A stretch of 64,000 bases of DNA from an uncultured Actinomycetes bacterium (GTDB taxonomy: Bacteria; Actinomycetota; Acidimicrobiia; IMCC26256; PALSA-610). Positions 7,607 to 17,191 of the stretch are shown here, piece by piece. Every line of letters starts with the position of its first letter. Positions within the stretch are counted from its first letter, which is position 1. The stretch is from positions 798,006 to 862,005 of the forward strand of contig CAWHHS010000006.1 of assembly GCA_963829195.1 (NCBI GenBank), in the 5' to 3' direction. The notes under the pieces are model-generated. The model made no database searches. It was not told the DNA's origin and saw only the letters and a list, made by a program, of their open reading frames with translations. The translations under genes and the position numbers were made by a program.

Positions 7607-9590
7607 GTGTCGACCGGGCGACCGAAGCGGATCGAGCGCCGGGTCGGCGCGCTGATCGGCGCGCAACTCGCGTGCGCGGCCGGCTTCGCGGTCCTGGCCG
7701 GCCGGCGCGGCGAGGCGTTCGGCGCCGTGGGTGCGGTGGCGACCTTGGCATTGGCGTTCGCGCTCGCGGGCTTCTTCGCGATGTCCCTCGAGTTCCACCG
7801 CCACCGCCTGACCATCACGCTCGCCGAGGCGGTGCTCGCGGTCGGCTTCTTTGCGGCCGGGCCCGTCGGGCTCGCGATCGCGGCCGCGGCCGGCGAAGGC
7901 GTGAACATGATCGTGCAGCGCCACTCGCCACTCAAGATCGCGTTCAACGTCTCCAACCGGCTGGTCGCGACCACGGCGGCGGGAGTCGCGTTCGCCGCGC
8001 TCGGTCGCAACGACGTGCACGACGCGACCGCGTGGGGCGCGGCGCTCGGCGCCGCGCTGTGCTTCTCGATCCTCGACGTGGCGTCGACGGCCGCGGTCCT
8101 GTCCATCGTCGAGGAGACCCGGTTCCACAACGTGTTCGTCCGCTCCGCGACGACGGGCCTCCTGGCGACCGTCACCGCCGCGCCGGTCGGACTCGTGGCG
8201 CTCGACCTCTTCGCGCACGGGCCCCTCGTGCCGTTGCTGCTCGCGCCGATCGCCGCCGCGGTCGCGCTCAACGCCGGGTACGCGGTGTCGCAGCGCGACG
8301 AACACCTGCGCTTCGAGCGTCTCTACGAGTCGTCGGCCCGTGCCACCGGACTCGTCGCGCTGGACGACTCGCTGCGCGCGCTGGCCGCCGAGACACGATC
8401 GCTCGGGACGGGATTCGCGGCCCTGTGCTGTACGACCGACGGCTCGGGCCCGTGGCGCGGCGCCGTCGCCGACGACCGCGGCGAACGGATCGCGGCGGAA
8501 GGAGTCGTCGCCGACGCGATCGCCCTCGCGGAACGCATCGGCAACCGCGAGATCGACGCGACGGCCTCGGACGAGGTCGCGCGGCATGTCGCCCGGAGCG
8601 AAGAGCGCCGTCGTGGCGACGGCCGCGCACGAGACCAGCCGCGTCGTGCTGGTCGTGCTCCGCGAAGGTCTCTCCAACTCGGGCGCGCGCAGCCGGGTCG
8701 AGACACTGAGTGCCTTCTCGAACAGTGCCGCACTGATCGTCTCGAACGCGTTGCTGCACGAGGAGCGCGCAGTCGCACTCGCACGGCAGGTCGACCTCAA
8801 CCGGCAGAAGGGCGACTTCGTCGCCGCCGTCTCGCACGAGCTGCGCACGCCGCTCGCGGTGATGCTCGGTTCGGTGCACACGCTCGAGCGGCTCGACGGA
8901 CGCATGACCGACGAGCAACGTTCGCAGCTGTTCGACATGACCGTCGAGCAGGGTGGCCGGCTGCAGCGTCTCATCGACGAGCTCCTCCTCGTCGCCGCGG
9001 CCGAGCACGCGGAGGTCCAGCTGCAGTACGAGCCGATCGAGATCGCGGAGCTGTTCGCGTCGGTCACCGCGGCGACGGCGACGTCGACCGGGCACCGCGT
9101 CGAATGGTCGGCCGGCCGCGCCGGCACCGTCGTCTCCGACCGCTCGAAGGTCGAGCGGATCCTGCTCAACCTCGTCGAGAACGCGGCGAAGTACGCACCC
9201 GGCGAGCGCATCGAGCTCGGGGCGGCGGTCGGCGGGAGCGAGGTGCACCTGTCGGTCGTCGACCACGGCCCGGGGATCCCGGAGAACGACCGCGACCGCG
9301 TGTTCGAGCGCTTCGTGCAACTCGACCAGTCGTCGACGCGCCGCCAGGGTGGGACGGGCCTCGGCCTGCACCTCTGCCGCCGGCTGGCCGAGCTCGTCGG
9401 CGCCCGCACGACCCTCACCGAGACGCCCGGCGGCGGTTGCACGTTCACGCTTTCCCTGCCCGAGCGGCCGCACGCCGCGCCCGTCGTGACCCGGGCGCCT
9501 GACGCGCACCGCCCGGCTCCGCAACCCGTGACGGCGGTGCGCGCCCGCCCGGCCGAGCTCGCGCGCCTGCGCCCGGAGTCTGTGCGATGA
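7607..9590 (+). CDS. membrane sensor histidine kinase (polytopic N-domain, GAF-like, HisKA, HATPase); one frame break
   Basis: Frame of 7607: multi-TM region then a GAF-like stretch. Frame of 8340: H-box AAVSHELRTPL, N-box LLNLVENAAKYAP, DHGPGIP, GGTGLGLHLCR. The frames join near 8585-8600 (...DEVARHV | PGAKSAVVATAAHETSRVVLVVL). Confidence 0.75.
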
Positions 9591-10504
9591 TCCGCGACCT
9601 CCGCACCGCCCAGTGGCGACCCGAGGCCACACCCGTGTCCCGGTCGCTCGCGTTCGCCCGCGCGGACATCGCTCGCGCGGCCACGGAGGCGGCGCGCGGC
9701 GCGGCGGCCCGCACCGATCGGGCGATGACGATCGCCGTCACGGCCCCGCGTTCGATCACGTGCAAGCGCGGTCTCGCCGCGCACCTCGCCGCGCACCTCG
9801 CCGCCCGCGTCACCGACGGCGGCTCGTCGGTGTGCATCGTCGACGCCGATCTCGACTCGCGTGACGTCGGCGTCCGCTTCGGGATCGAGGCACCGACGTT
9901 GCTCGAGGTCGCCAACGACCTTTCGGTCCGCGACGGACGCGTCGGGCTCTCGGAGAGGATCGCCCGCATCGATCCACCCGGCCTGCACGTGCTGCCGACC
10001 CGGCTCCCGCAGAGCGCGCTCGTGCCGCTGCTGCACAGCAAGACCACCGCGATGCTCGCGTCGCTGCGCACTGCGTTCGACTATGTGGTCGTCGACGCGC
10101 CGGTCGCCGCCGGGCTCGGAACCTACGACTGGGAACGCACCCTCCTCCGTCAGGTCGACGTCCTGCTCGTCGCGGTGACGGCGGAGTCGTCGGCGCTCGG
10201 CAGCGTCTTGCGTTACCTCAACGCCGTCGCGGCGGCGAAGAACAAAGGTGCGGTCGCGCCGACCTTCGATGCCCACGTCGTGCTCACGGGTCGCGACGAG
10301 GACGGCACGCGGGAGCTGTTGTCCGAACGCGACATCGAGCGCAAGCTGAGCGGGATCCCCGTCATCGCGTCGGTGCCGCAGCTCTGGGGCCGCCAGCGGC
10401 CCGAGACGCCGCTCGACCTCGGTTTCCACGCCGGTCTGCACCGCGACTTCACCACGATCATCGACTACGTCACCCACGACCCGCGCGGAGGTCGCGTGCG
10501 CTGA
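9587..10504 (+). CDS. ParA/MinD/CpaE-like protein with degenerate Walker A
   Basis: VCIVDADLDSRDVG...YVVVDAP...DVLLVAVTAE pattern of the MinD/ParA fold. The P-loop position reads VTAPRSITCKRGLAAHL. ATGA overlap with the kinase stop. 12-nt tandem duplication at 9773-9796 (AAHL AAHL). Confidence 0.55.
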   Translation: MIRDLRTAQWRPEATPVSRSLAFARADIARAATEAARGAAARTDRAMTIAVTAPRSITCKRGLAAHLAAHLAARVTDGGSSVCIVDADLDSRDVGVRFGIEAPTLLEVANDLSVRDGRVGLSERIARIDPPGLHVLPTRLPQSALVPLLHSKTTAMLASLRTAFDYVVVDAPVAAGLGTYDWERTLLRQVDVLLVAVTAESSALGSVLRYLNAVAAAKNKGAVAPTFDAHVVLTGRDEDGTRELLSERDIERKLSGIPVIASVPQLWGRQRPETPLDLGFHAGLHRDFTTIIDYVTHDPRGGRVR

Positions 10505-10516
10505 CCGAGCTCGACG

Positions 10517-10792
10517 TCAGGGCGCGCGACGCGTGCGGGGCGTCGAATCCGTGGCGCGCGTGATCGCGCGGCGGACGACCGGGTCCTCACGGCTGAAGCG
10601 GCTCGCGTCGCGTACCGCCCGCATCTCGCGCAGCGCCCCGAAGCACTCGTCGAGCTCGCGCTCGACGACCCGCAACCGGTTCTGGTCGGCGGCCGAGAGG
10701 CCGAAGCTGCTCCCGGAACGGGTGAACAGCGTTGTGCGCTCCCCTGCGAGGCGGGCAACGGAACGCTCAAGGCTACCGCGGTCGACATTCAT
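10517..10792 (-). CDS. DUF2630-like small protein
   Basis: 91 aa. GLSAADQNRLRVVERELDECFGALREMRAVRDA resembles the DUF2630 signature (..ELDQCWDLLRQRRA..) as I remember it. Confidence 0.55.
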   Translation of the reverse strand: MNVDRGSLERSVARLAGERTTLFTRSGSSFGLSAADQNRLRVVERELDECFGALREMRAVRDASRFSREDPVVRRAITRATDSTPRTRRAP

Positions 10793-10843
10793 TTCACGAG
10801 CTCCTTGATTGCCAGATTCGGGCGAGTTGGCGAAGGTGAACGG

Positions 10844-11149
10844 TCAGTGCCGTGCGCGGGTCACCCGGTGACCGCCGCGCCGCGCGGGTGCGCCGGGCTC
10901 GGTCGCGGGTGCGGGCGCCGGCGGCTGCGCCGCCGGTTCTCCGCCGACGCGGTACAGACGTTTGCCGTCGACCGCGCCGTAGTACACGTCGCCGGTGCGG
11001 TGCGCGAGCGTCGCGCCCGATTCCGCGGCGATCAGCCAGCCGTGCGACTCGTGCGCCCAGAGGTGATCGTCGCCGGCGCGGAAGAAGTCACGTCGACCGG
11101 GTGCGTACGCGACCAGTGTGTCGTCGTCGGCCGTGTAGAGGAACCGCAT
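10844..11149 (-). CDS. hypothetical protein
   Basis: ATG 11149 (MRFLYTADDDTLVAYAPGRRDFFRAGDDHLWAHESHGW...). Compositionally coding, with a Pro/Ala-rich tail. No family recognised. Confidence 0.4.
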   Translation of the reverse strand: MRFLYTADDDTLVAYAPGRRDFFRAGDDHLWAHESHGWLIAAESGATLAHRTGDVYYGAVDGKRLYRVGGEPAAQPPAPAPATEPGAPARRGGHRVTRARH

Positions 11150-11231
11150 CAGATGACTCCTCGGGTCGTTTGCCGCCGCATCCCTACATCTTAGCACTCG
11201 GATACCGGAATCTGATTGCTAGTGTTGGTGC

Positions 11232-11570
11232 GTGTCGCAGTGGAGCTTTCTGACGAACCACGCCCGCGCGCTCCTGTGCATCGCCCGTGCGCCCGATCTG
11301 CGGCTGCGCGACCTCGCGGCCGAGCTCGGGATCACCGAACGCAGCGCGTACGCCATCGTCGCCGACCTCGCGGACGCCGGCTACGTGCTGAAGGAGCGCG
11401 ACGGGCGGCGCAACCGTTACTCGATCCAGCACCACATGCCGCTCCCCGACACGGCCGGTCGCGAGCGAACGGTGGGCGAGGTCCTCGATCTCCTCGTGGG
11501 CGCGCCCGCGCGCCGGGGCGGAGTGCGGCGGCGCAACTCCCGCTCAGGAATTCCCGCACGCAAGCCGTAG
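11232..11570 (+). CDS. winged-helix (ArsR/MarR-like) transcriptional regulator
   Basis: LRLRDLAAELGITERSAYAIVADLADAGYVLKERDGRRNRY. Confidence 0.65.
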   Translation: MSQWSFLTNHARALLCIARAPDLRLRDLAAELGITERSAYAIVADLADAGYVLKERDGRRNRYSIQHHMPLPDTAGRERTVGEVLDLLVGAPARRGGVRRRNSRSGIPARKP

Positions 11571-11635
11571 AGTGAGACAGGCTTCTTCGCCGGGCAGATG
11601 GTTCGCCGACCGAGGCTCGGATCGGTCGTGTACAC

Positions 11636-12337
11636 ATGGATGGGTCGCCCGTCGTCGAGCGCCCGATGCTCGTCGCCGCGCCGGGTGGTGACGGCGTCGC
11701 CGCCGAGTCACTGTCGAAGCTGCGGATCCTCGAAGCCGTGGGCCGGCGGTCGCTTCCGTCGTTGATCGAAGCCACGATCATCCCCGCGGTGCTGCTCTAC
11801 GTCTTCTTCGTCACGCTGGGGCCGACACCGGCGATGCTCGCCGTCCTCGTGTGGTCCTACGGCGCGGTGTTGCGCCGCCTCGTCGGCGGTCACACCATCC
11901 CGGGCGTCCTGCAACTCGCGGTCGTCGGCCTGACGGTGCGCACGATCGTCGGCATCCTCAGCGGCACGTTCATGTATTTCCTGCAGCCCGTCGCGACCAC
12001 GGTCGCGCTCGCGCTCGTGTTCCTCGGCTCGCTCACCTTCGGGCGGCCGATGATCGCGCGCATGGCCTCCGACTTCTGTCCGCTGTCGCCCGAGATCGCT
12101 TGCCGTCCGGGAGTGGTCCGCCTGTTCAGCGGACTCACGCTGATGTGGGCGGGCGTGCATCTCCTCAGCGCCGCGACGACGTTCACACTGCTCGTCAGCC
12201 TGCCGACCACCACCTTCGTCGCGGTGCGGACGTTCGTCAGCTTCGGCATCACCGTCAGCGCGATCGTGCTGACGGTCTCGTGGTCACTGCGGACGGCCCG
12301 GGCCGAAGACCTCGTCTTCGCGCGCGTCGCGCTCTAA
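11636..12337 (+). CDS. polytopic membrane protein, family not assigned
   Basis: 233 aa with about 6 hydrophobic spans (IIPAVLLYVFFVTLG..., LQLAVVGLTVRTIVGIL..., TLMWAGVHLLSAATTFTLLV...). Confidence 0.6.
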   Translation: MDGSPVVERPMLVAAPGGDGVAAESLSKLRILEAVGRRSLPSLIEATIIPAVLLYVFFVTLGPTPAMLAVLVWSYGAVLRRLVGGHTIPGVLQLAVVGLTVRTIVGILSGTFMYFLQPVATTVALALVFLGSLTFGRPMIARMASDFCPLSPEIACRPGVVRLFSGLTLMWAGVHLLSAATTFTLLVSLPTTTFVAVRTFVSFGITVSAIVLTVSWSLRTARAEDLVFARVAL

Positions 12338-12369
12338 CTTCACGCCGGAGCCGCGGCGGAGGAGTACGA

Positions 12370-12717
12370 GTGCCGGTGCCATGCGTGCAAATTCAGTTCT
12401 CGATCGACGACGCCGGACGCGGCGACGCGATCGCAACGGACCTGTTGCGACACCGTCTGGTCGCGTGCGCGCAGCGCGTCGGCCCGATGACGAGCCGGTA
12501 CTGGTGGAACGGTTCGATCGACGAGACCGCGGAGTGGTTGTTCCTCTGCAAGACGACGGCCGATCAGCTGGCCGCGGCGACGGAGCGCATCCGCGCACTG
12601 CATCCGTACGACGTTCCGGAGATCATCGCGACGGAGATCAGCGCCGGACATCCTCCGTATCTCGACTGGATCGCCGCGCAGACGAGCGCCGCTCCGGGCC
12701 CGACCGAACACGGCTGA
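12370..12717 (+). CDS. cutA: divalent-cation tolerance protein CutA
   Basis: VACAQRVGPMTSRYWWNGSIDETAEWLFLCKTT...IRALHPYDVPEIIA (CutA1 YxWxG and HPYxxPE motifs). Start is one of GTG 12370/12376/12385. Confidence 0.75.
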   Translation: MPVPCVQIQFSIDDAGRGDAIATDLLRHRLVACAQRVGPMTSRYWWNGSIDETAEWLFLCKTTADQLAAATERIRALHPYDVPEIIATEISAGHPPYLDWIAAQTSAAPGPTEHG

Positions 12718-12726
12718 CCGAGCGGG

Positions 12727-13835
12727 TCAAACCCGCCGGGGTCCGAACGCCGCGCGCTCGTACGCCGCGAGGTGACCGTCGATCGTCGTCGCGAGGTCGT
12801 ACCGGCTCGCCCGTTCGAGCGCGGCGTGGCGGAGCCGGGCCCGCTCGGCGGGGTCGTGGAGGAGCTCGTCGAGCGCGGCGGCCAACGCGCCGGCATCGCC
12901 GGGCGGGAAGAGCCGGGCCGCGTCGCCCACCAGTTCGACGTGCGCGGGGATCGCGCTCGCGACGACGGGCCGACCGTGCGCGAGGGCCTCGAGCACCGTC
13001 AGACCGAAGCCCTCGTAGACCGACGCGTTCACGATGACGTCGGCATCGCGGTAGAGCTGGTCGAGCTCGGTATCGGACACGCGACCGAGCAGCGCGACGC
13101 CGGGACGGGCGAGCCCGGCGGCCGCCTTCTTCCCGAGCCATCCCGGCGGGCCCGCGACGACGAGCGTCAGGTTCGGTACGCGTGCGCGCAGCCGTTCGAA
13201 CGCGGCGACGACCGTCGCATGACCCTTGCGCGGCTCGACGGTGCCGGCGACGAGCAGGTACGGCGAGCGCACGCCGCGTCGCTCGAGCTGTTCGCGCGTT
13301 TCCCACGCCGGAAGGTGGTCCCGCGCGCCGACCGCGAGCGGAACGACATGGATGCGACCGGCGTCGAACCCTTCGCGGACGAGCTCGTCGCGTGTGAACG
13401 CGGACGGCGCGACGATCGCAGCCGCCTCCGCCGCGCGATCGCGAGGCCGATCTCGTGGAAGCGGAGCCCGTGGGGCGTGAACGCCTCCGGATGGCGGAGG
13501 AACGCGACATCGTTGACCGTGACGACGAGCGGCGCCGACGCGGGCGGCACCGCGAGGCTGGGCGCATGGCACACGTCGACGCGCAGGTCGATGCGGTGCC
13601 GCCGGTAACGGTTCCAGACCTCGTAGCGCCAGCGCGGTGCGCCCGGTCCGAGGCTGCGGAACTCCACCGCGCTCCCGAGACGCGCGTCCAGTGCACTCCG
13701 GGCGCGCCGCGGGCCGGACGCGAACGCGACCACGTCGGCATGGCGCGGCAGTTCACCGCACAGCATCTCCGTCACCCGCCCGATACCGCCGGGGATGCCT
13801 TGGAGGAGCTGGCCGACGTGGACGCCGACCCGCAA
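12727..13835 (-). CDS. GT-B glycosyltransferase (family 4-like); one frame break
   Basis: C-terminal half with VNASVYEGFGLTVLEALAHGRPVV in the frame ending at 12727. N-terminal half (GIPGGIGRVTE...PLVVTVNDVAFLRHPE) is in another frame. Join near 13430-13445. Start uncertain: TTG 13835, or up to 13964. Confidence 0.7.
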
Positions 13836-14010
13836 TCGCGGCCGGCGATCGGGATCGGTCAATCGATGCACGACCTCATGACGCTGCACGATGTACAGAC
13901 GTTTCAGGAGCGGCGCCGGGATCCACGACTTTCGAAGTTCGCGGCCGATTCGGATTTCCCGCACACAGCCGTCGCGTGCCGCGAAGACCCGGCCGCGCGC
14001 CGTGTGCGAC

Positions 14011-14778
14011 TCAGGTGACGCGCGTCGCGAAGACGGCGAGGCGATGGTCGTGCGTGCCGATGCCCTTGCGGAACGTACCCGCGCACGTCACCAGGGTCAG
14101 GTGGGCGAGGCCGTCCTTGGAGGATTGGGGCGTCGTCCCCGCGACCGGGCCTGCGCCGTAGATCTCGGTGAGCACGGACCGTTGCGTCGTCTGGTCGAGC
14201 GTGAACGAGGTCGAACCCGTCACGCGGAAGCGCACGTCGAGCCCGGTACGGGTGTCGTGCACGACGACGGCGTCGCCCGGCCGCATCCGGTCGATGTGCT
14301 CGAACACGCCCTGGGTTCCGGCCGGGCCGTCGATGTGGCCGGCGATCAACGCCGTGCTCGCGACGCCCGGTACCGCGCTCCCCCGGTACCAGAACGCCTC
14401 CTCCCACACGGGGTCACCGACCGGACCCTCGGGCGCGTCCATCACGTCGCCGGGGGTCACCCCGACGCCGAGCACGGCGGCCGAGACCCCGAGTGCGGGG
14501 ATCTCCAACAACAACGGCACCGGCACCGGTCCGGCCCGCACGTCGAGCCCGGCCGCGAACAACGCGGCGGGGACCGGCAGGCCGGGCCCGGGACCTCGTG
14601 ACACGCGCCCACCCGTCGCAGGGAGGACGGTCGCCGGCGCGGGCGCGACCGCGCGGCCGCGCGCCGTGCTGCCGCCACACGCCGCGACGCAGGCGATGCC
14701 GACGAGAATCAGCGTCGGCGCCTTCGCGATCGTGAGCCGGCACGACGTCGTGCGCGCCGGTCTCCGGCGCGCACCCAT
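14011..14778 (-). CDS. class F-type sortase
   Basis: N-terminal anchor MGARRRPARTT...LILVGIACVAAC, catalytic His context LIAGHIDG, Cys motif HLTLVTCAG, Arg context HRLAVFA. Confidence 0.8.
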   Translation of the reverse strand: MGARRRPARTTSCRLTIAKAPTLILVGIACVAACGGSTARGRAVAPAPATVLPATGGRVSRGPGPGLPVPAALFAAGLDVRAGPVPVPLLLEIPALGVSAAVLGVGVTPGDVMDAPEGPVGDPVWEEAFWYRGSAVPGVASTALIAGHIDGPAGTQGVFEHIDRMRPGDAVVVHDTRTGLDVRFRVTGSTSFTLDQTTQRSVLTEIYGAGPVAGTTPQSSKDGLAHLTLVTCAGTFRKGIGTHDHRLAVFATRVT

Positions 14779-14795
14779 GCGTTTCCGCGTCCGGT

Positions 14796-15852
14796 TCAGC
14801 GTCCGGTCCGCGCCGACGCGGCCACCGATCGCAGGCGGCGCCGGGCGACGAAGCCCACGCTCGCGAGGCCACCGGCACCGATCAACGCGACCGCGGGCCA
14901 CGGGAACCGGTGCGCGGGCAACGGCGCGACACCCGTACGCGGCGGCCCGACGACGCCGACGGTGAGGCCGAGGGTCGTGGTCGTGACCCCGCCGGGCACG
15001 GTCGTGACACCGCCGGCGACCGTCGACGTCGTCGCGCCACCGGGAACCGTGCCGGCGGGGACCGTCGTCGCCCCGGCGCCGGGGACGGTCGTCGCGCGGC
15101 GCGGAGACCGCGCACGTCGGCGCGTCGAACGTGTCGTCGATGAGGGTGACCGAACCGGTCTGGGCGAGCGCGCGCCCGTGGACGGTGACGCTGTCGCCGA
15201 GACTGATCGACGTCTGCGCCAGGATGTTGCCGCGGAAGACCGAGCCCGCGTTCAACGTGGCCGAGCTCCCCACCTGCCAGAAGACGTTGCACTCCTGCGC
15301 GCCGTTGATCAGGTTCACCGAACTGCCGACGCCGGCGGTGAGCGACGAGTCCGTCTGGATGATGAACACCGTGCTCGGGATCGTTCGCGGCGTCGAACGT
15401 GACGGTGCCGGTCAGCAACAACGCGCCGTGGGTCGAGGCGTCGTACACGCCGCCGGGCAAGCGTGAGCCCGGTGAGATCGGCCGGCTCGGTGGCGGTCAC
15501 GCCGCGGTTCATCGCGTTGGTGTACGCGGTCGTGAGATCGCTTTGGCCCTGCGCCGGCCGCGGCGTTGTTGTCGTCGGTCGTGGCGGGGGGTTCGACGGT
15601 GCCGTTCGGCGCGCCGCCGAATCCGGTGATCGACGAGCCGGGCGACACACCCAGACTCTCGTGCAGCACCGATGGGCCGGTGTTCGTCACCGACTCGCCA
15701 CCGAGCACGGAGTAGTTCGCCGCGGTCGCCATCGGCACCGTCGGGACGATCGCCGCGCTCGCGGTCGTGGCGGACATGAGGAGCGCGGCGGCGGGAAGCG
15801 CGAGGGCGCTCACCAGCGCGCCGCGGCGGGAGACGGAAGGACGACACACCAT
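14796..15852 (-). pseudogene. DUF3494 (ice-binding-like) secreted protein with C-terminal sorting signal; at least 4 frame breaks
   Basis: Pieces in successive frames:
- Signal peptide plus AANYSVLGGESVTNTGPS.
- AQGQSDLTTAYTNAMNRGVTATEPADLTGLTL.
- PGGVYDASTHGALLLTGTVTFDAANDPE.
- FIIQTDSSLTAGVGSSVNLINGAQECNVFWQVGSSATL...GRALAQTGSVTL.
- Thr/Pro/Gly linker plus hydrophobic tail ...AVALIGAGGLASVGFVARRR.
Breaks near 15550, 15460, 15370 and 15095, each in the +1 direction. Confidence 0.75.
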
Positions 15853-16017
15853 GTCAACTCGTTTCGATCGTGGACGGACCAAGGGCGGTGCCCGAGGTCC
15901 CTTCGTCAAGTCCCGCGCCGAATCCGACCCCGGCCCGAGCGTTTCCGTCCGGCGGCGCCCGGTGCCCGGGCGCCGCACTTCGGGCGCGCCCGGGCGCGGG
16001 CACGCCAGAATGCTGCG

Positions 16018-17151
16018 GTGAGTCCTGCGCCGATCCCGGCCCGACCGGCACCGTCGGAGCCGGCGATCCTCGTGAATCCGGGCCGGCGGCACGACGCCGG
16101 TCGGGCCGCGCCCGGCCGCGACGCGGTCGAATTCCACCGCCGGCTGCCCGGCTACGCGCCGACCCGGGTGGTCGACGCGCCGGCCCTGGCCGCGGAGCTC
16201 GGGCTGTCCGGGTTGAGCGTCAAGGACGAGTCGCACCGGCTCGGCCTTCCCGCGTTCAAGATCCTCGGCGCGTCATGGGCGGTGTACCGGTTGCTGATCC
16301 GCCGCCTCGGCCACGAGCCGGCGTGGCGCGATCTCGGCGAGCTGCGCGCCGCGCTCGCACCACTCGGGGTGCTCACGCTCGTTGCCGCGACCGACGGGAA
16401 CCACGGCCGGGCCGTCGCCCACATGGCCGCGCTCCTCGGCTACCCGGCGCGCATCCTCGTCCCCGCGGGCACGGCCCCGGCGCGGATCGCGGGCATCGAG
16501 GCGGAAGGCGCGTCGGTCACGGTCGTCGACGGCACCTACGACGACGCGGTACGCGCCTCGGCTGCACTCGCAGCCGAGCGCACGCTGGTCGTTTCCGACA
16601 CGTCGTGGGACGGGTACACCGAGATCCCGCGCACGGTCATCGACGGCTACGAGACGATCTTCGCCGAGAGCGATGCACAACTCGCCGACCCGCCCGAGGT
16701 CGTCGTCGTGCCGATGGGTGTCGGCGCGCTCGCGGCCGCGGTCGTGCGGCATTACGCGGCGCACACGACCGTCGTGGTCGTCGAGCCCCGGACCGCGGCG
16801 TGCGGCCTGCGCTCGGCCGAGGCGGGCCGGCCCGTCGAGGTGCCGGGCCCGCACGACTCGATCATGGCCGGCTGCAACTGCGGGCGCGTCTCGATCGTCG
16901 CGTGGCCGGAGGTCGCGGCCGGCACCGACGTGTTCGTCGCAGTCGACGACGCGGACGCGGAGAGGGCCATGCGCGACCTCGCCGGCGTTGGTGTGGTAGC
17001 GGGTGAGACCGGCGCGGCCGCGCTCGCCGGTCTGCGCGTCGCGGTGGCGGCCGGCGCGCCCGGCCTCACGGGCCGGCGCGCGCTCGTGTTGTGCACCGAG
17101 GGCGCGACCGACCCCGACGCGTACCGCCGGATCGTGGGGCACGCGCCGTGA
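16018..17151 (+). CDS. diaminopropionate ammonia-lyase-like PLP enzyme
   Basis: FHRRLPGYAPTRVV...VKDESHRLGLPAFKILGASWAV...ATDGNHGRAVA. Intact. GTG 16018 start. Confidence 0.75.
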   Translation: MSPAPIPARPAPSEPAILVNPGRRHDAGRAAPGRDAVEFHRRLPGYAPTRVVDAPALAAELGLSGLSVKDESHRLGLPAFKILGASWAVYRLLIRRLGHEPAWRDLGELRAALAPLGVLTLVAATDGNHGRAVAHMAALLGYPARILVPAGTAPARIAGIEAEGASVTVVDGTYDDAVRASAALAAERTLVVSDTSWDGYTEIPRTVIDGYETIFAESDAQLADPPEVVVVPMGVGALAAAVVRHYAAHTTVVVVEPRTAACGLRSAEAGRPVEVPGPHDSIMAGCNCGRVSIVAWPEVAAGTDVFVAVDDADAERAMRDLAGVGVVAGETGAAALAGLRVAVAAGAPGLTGRRALVLCTEGATDPDAYRRIVGHAP

Positions 17152-17191
17152 ACCGCACGGTCAGGCGACTCGCAGGGAGCAGCGCGCAACG

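Noticed and set aside
5937-7655. 572-aa plus-strand ORF overlapping the S8 protease in another frame
   Set aside because: Arg/Gly/Pro low-complexity sequence. The catalytic D/H/S motifs are in the 6160 frame.
7115-10477. 1120-aa minus-strand ORF covering the kinase/ParA region
   Set aside because: Arg/Pro/Gly-rich, motif-free antisense shadow typical of very GC-rich DNA. The plus strand carries clear S8, kinase and ParA-like motifs.
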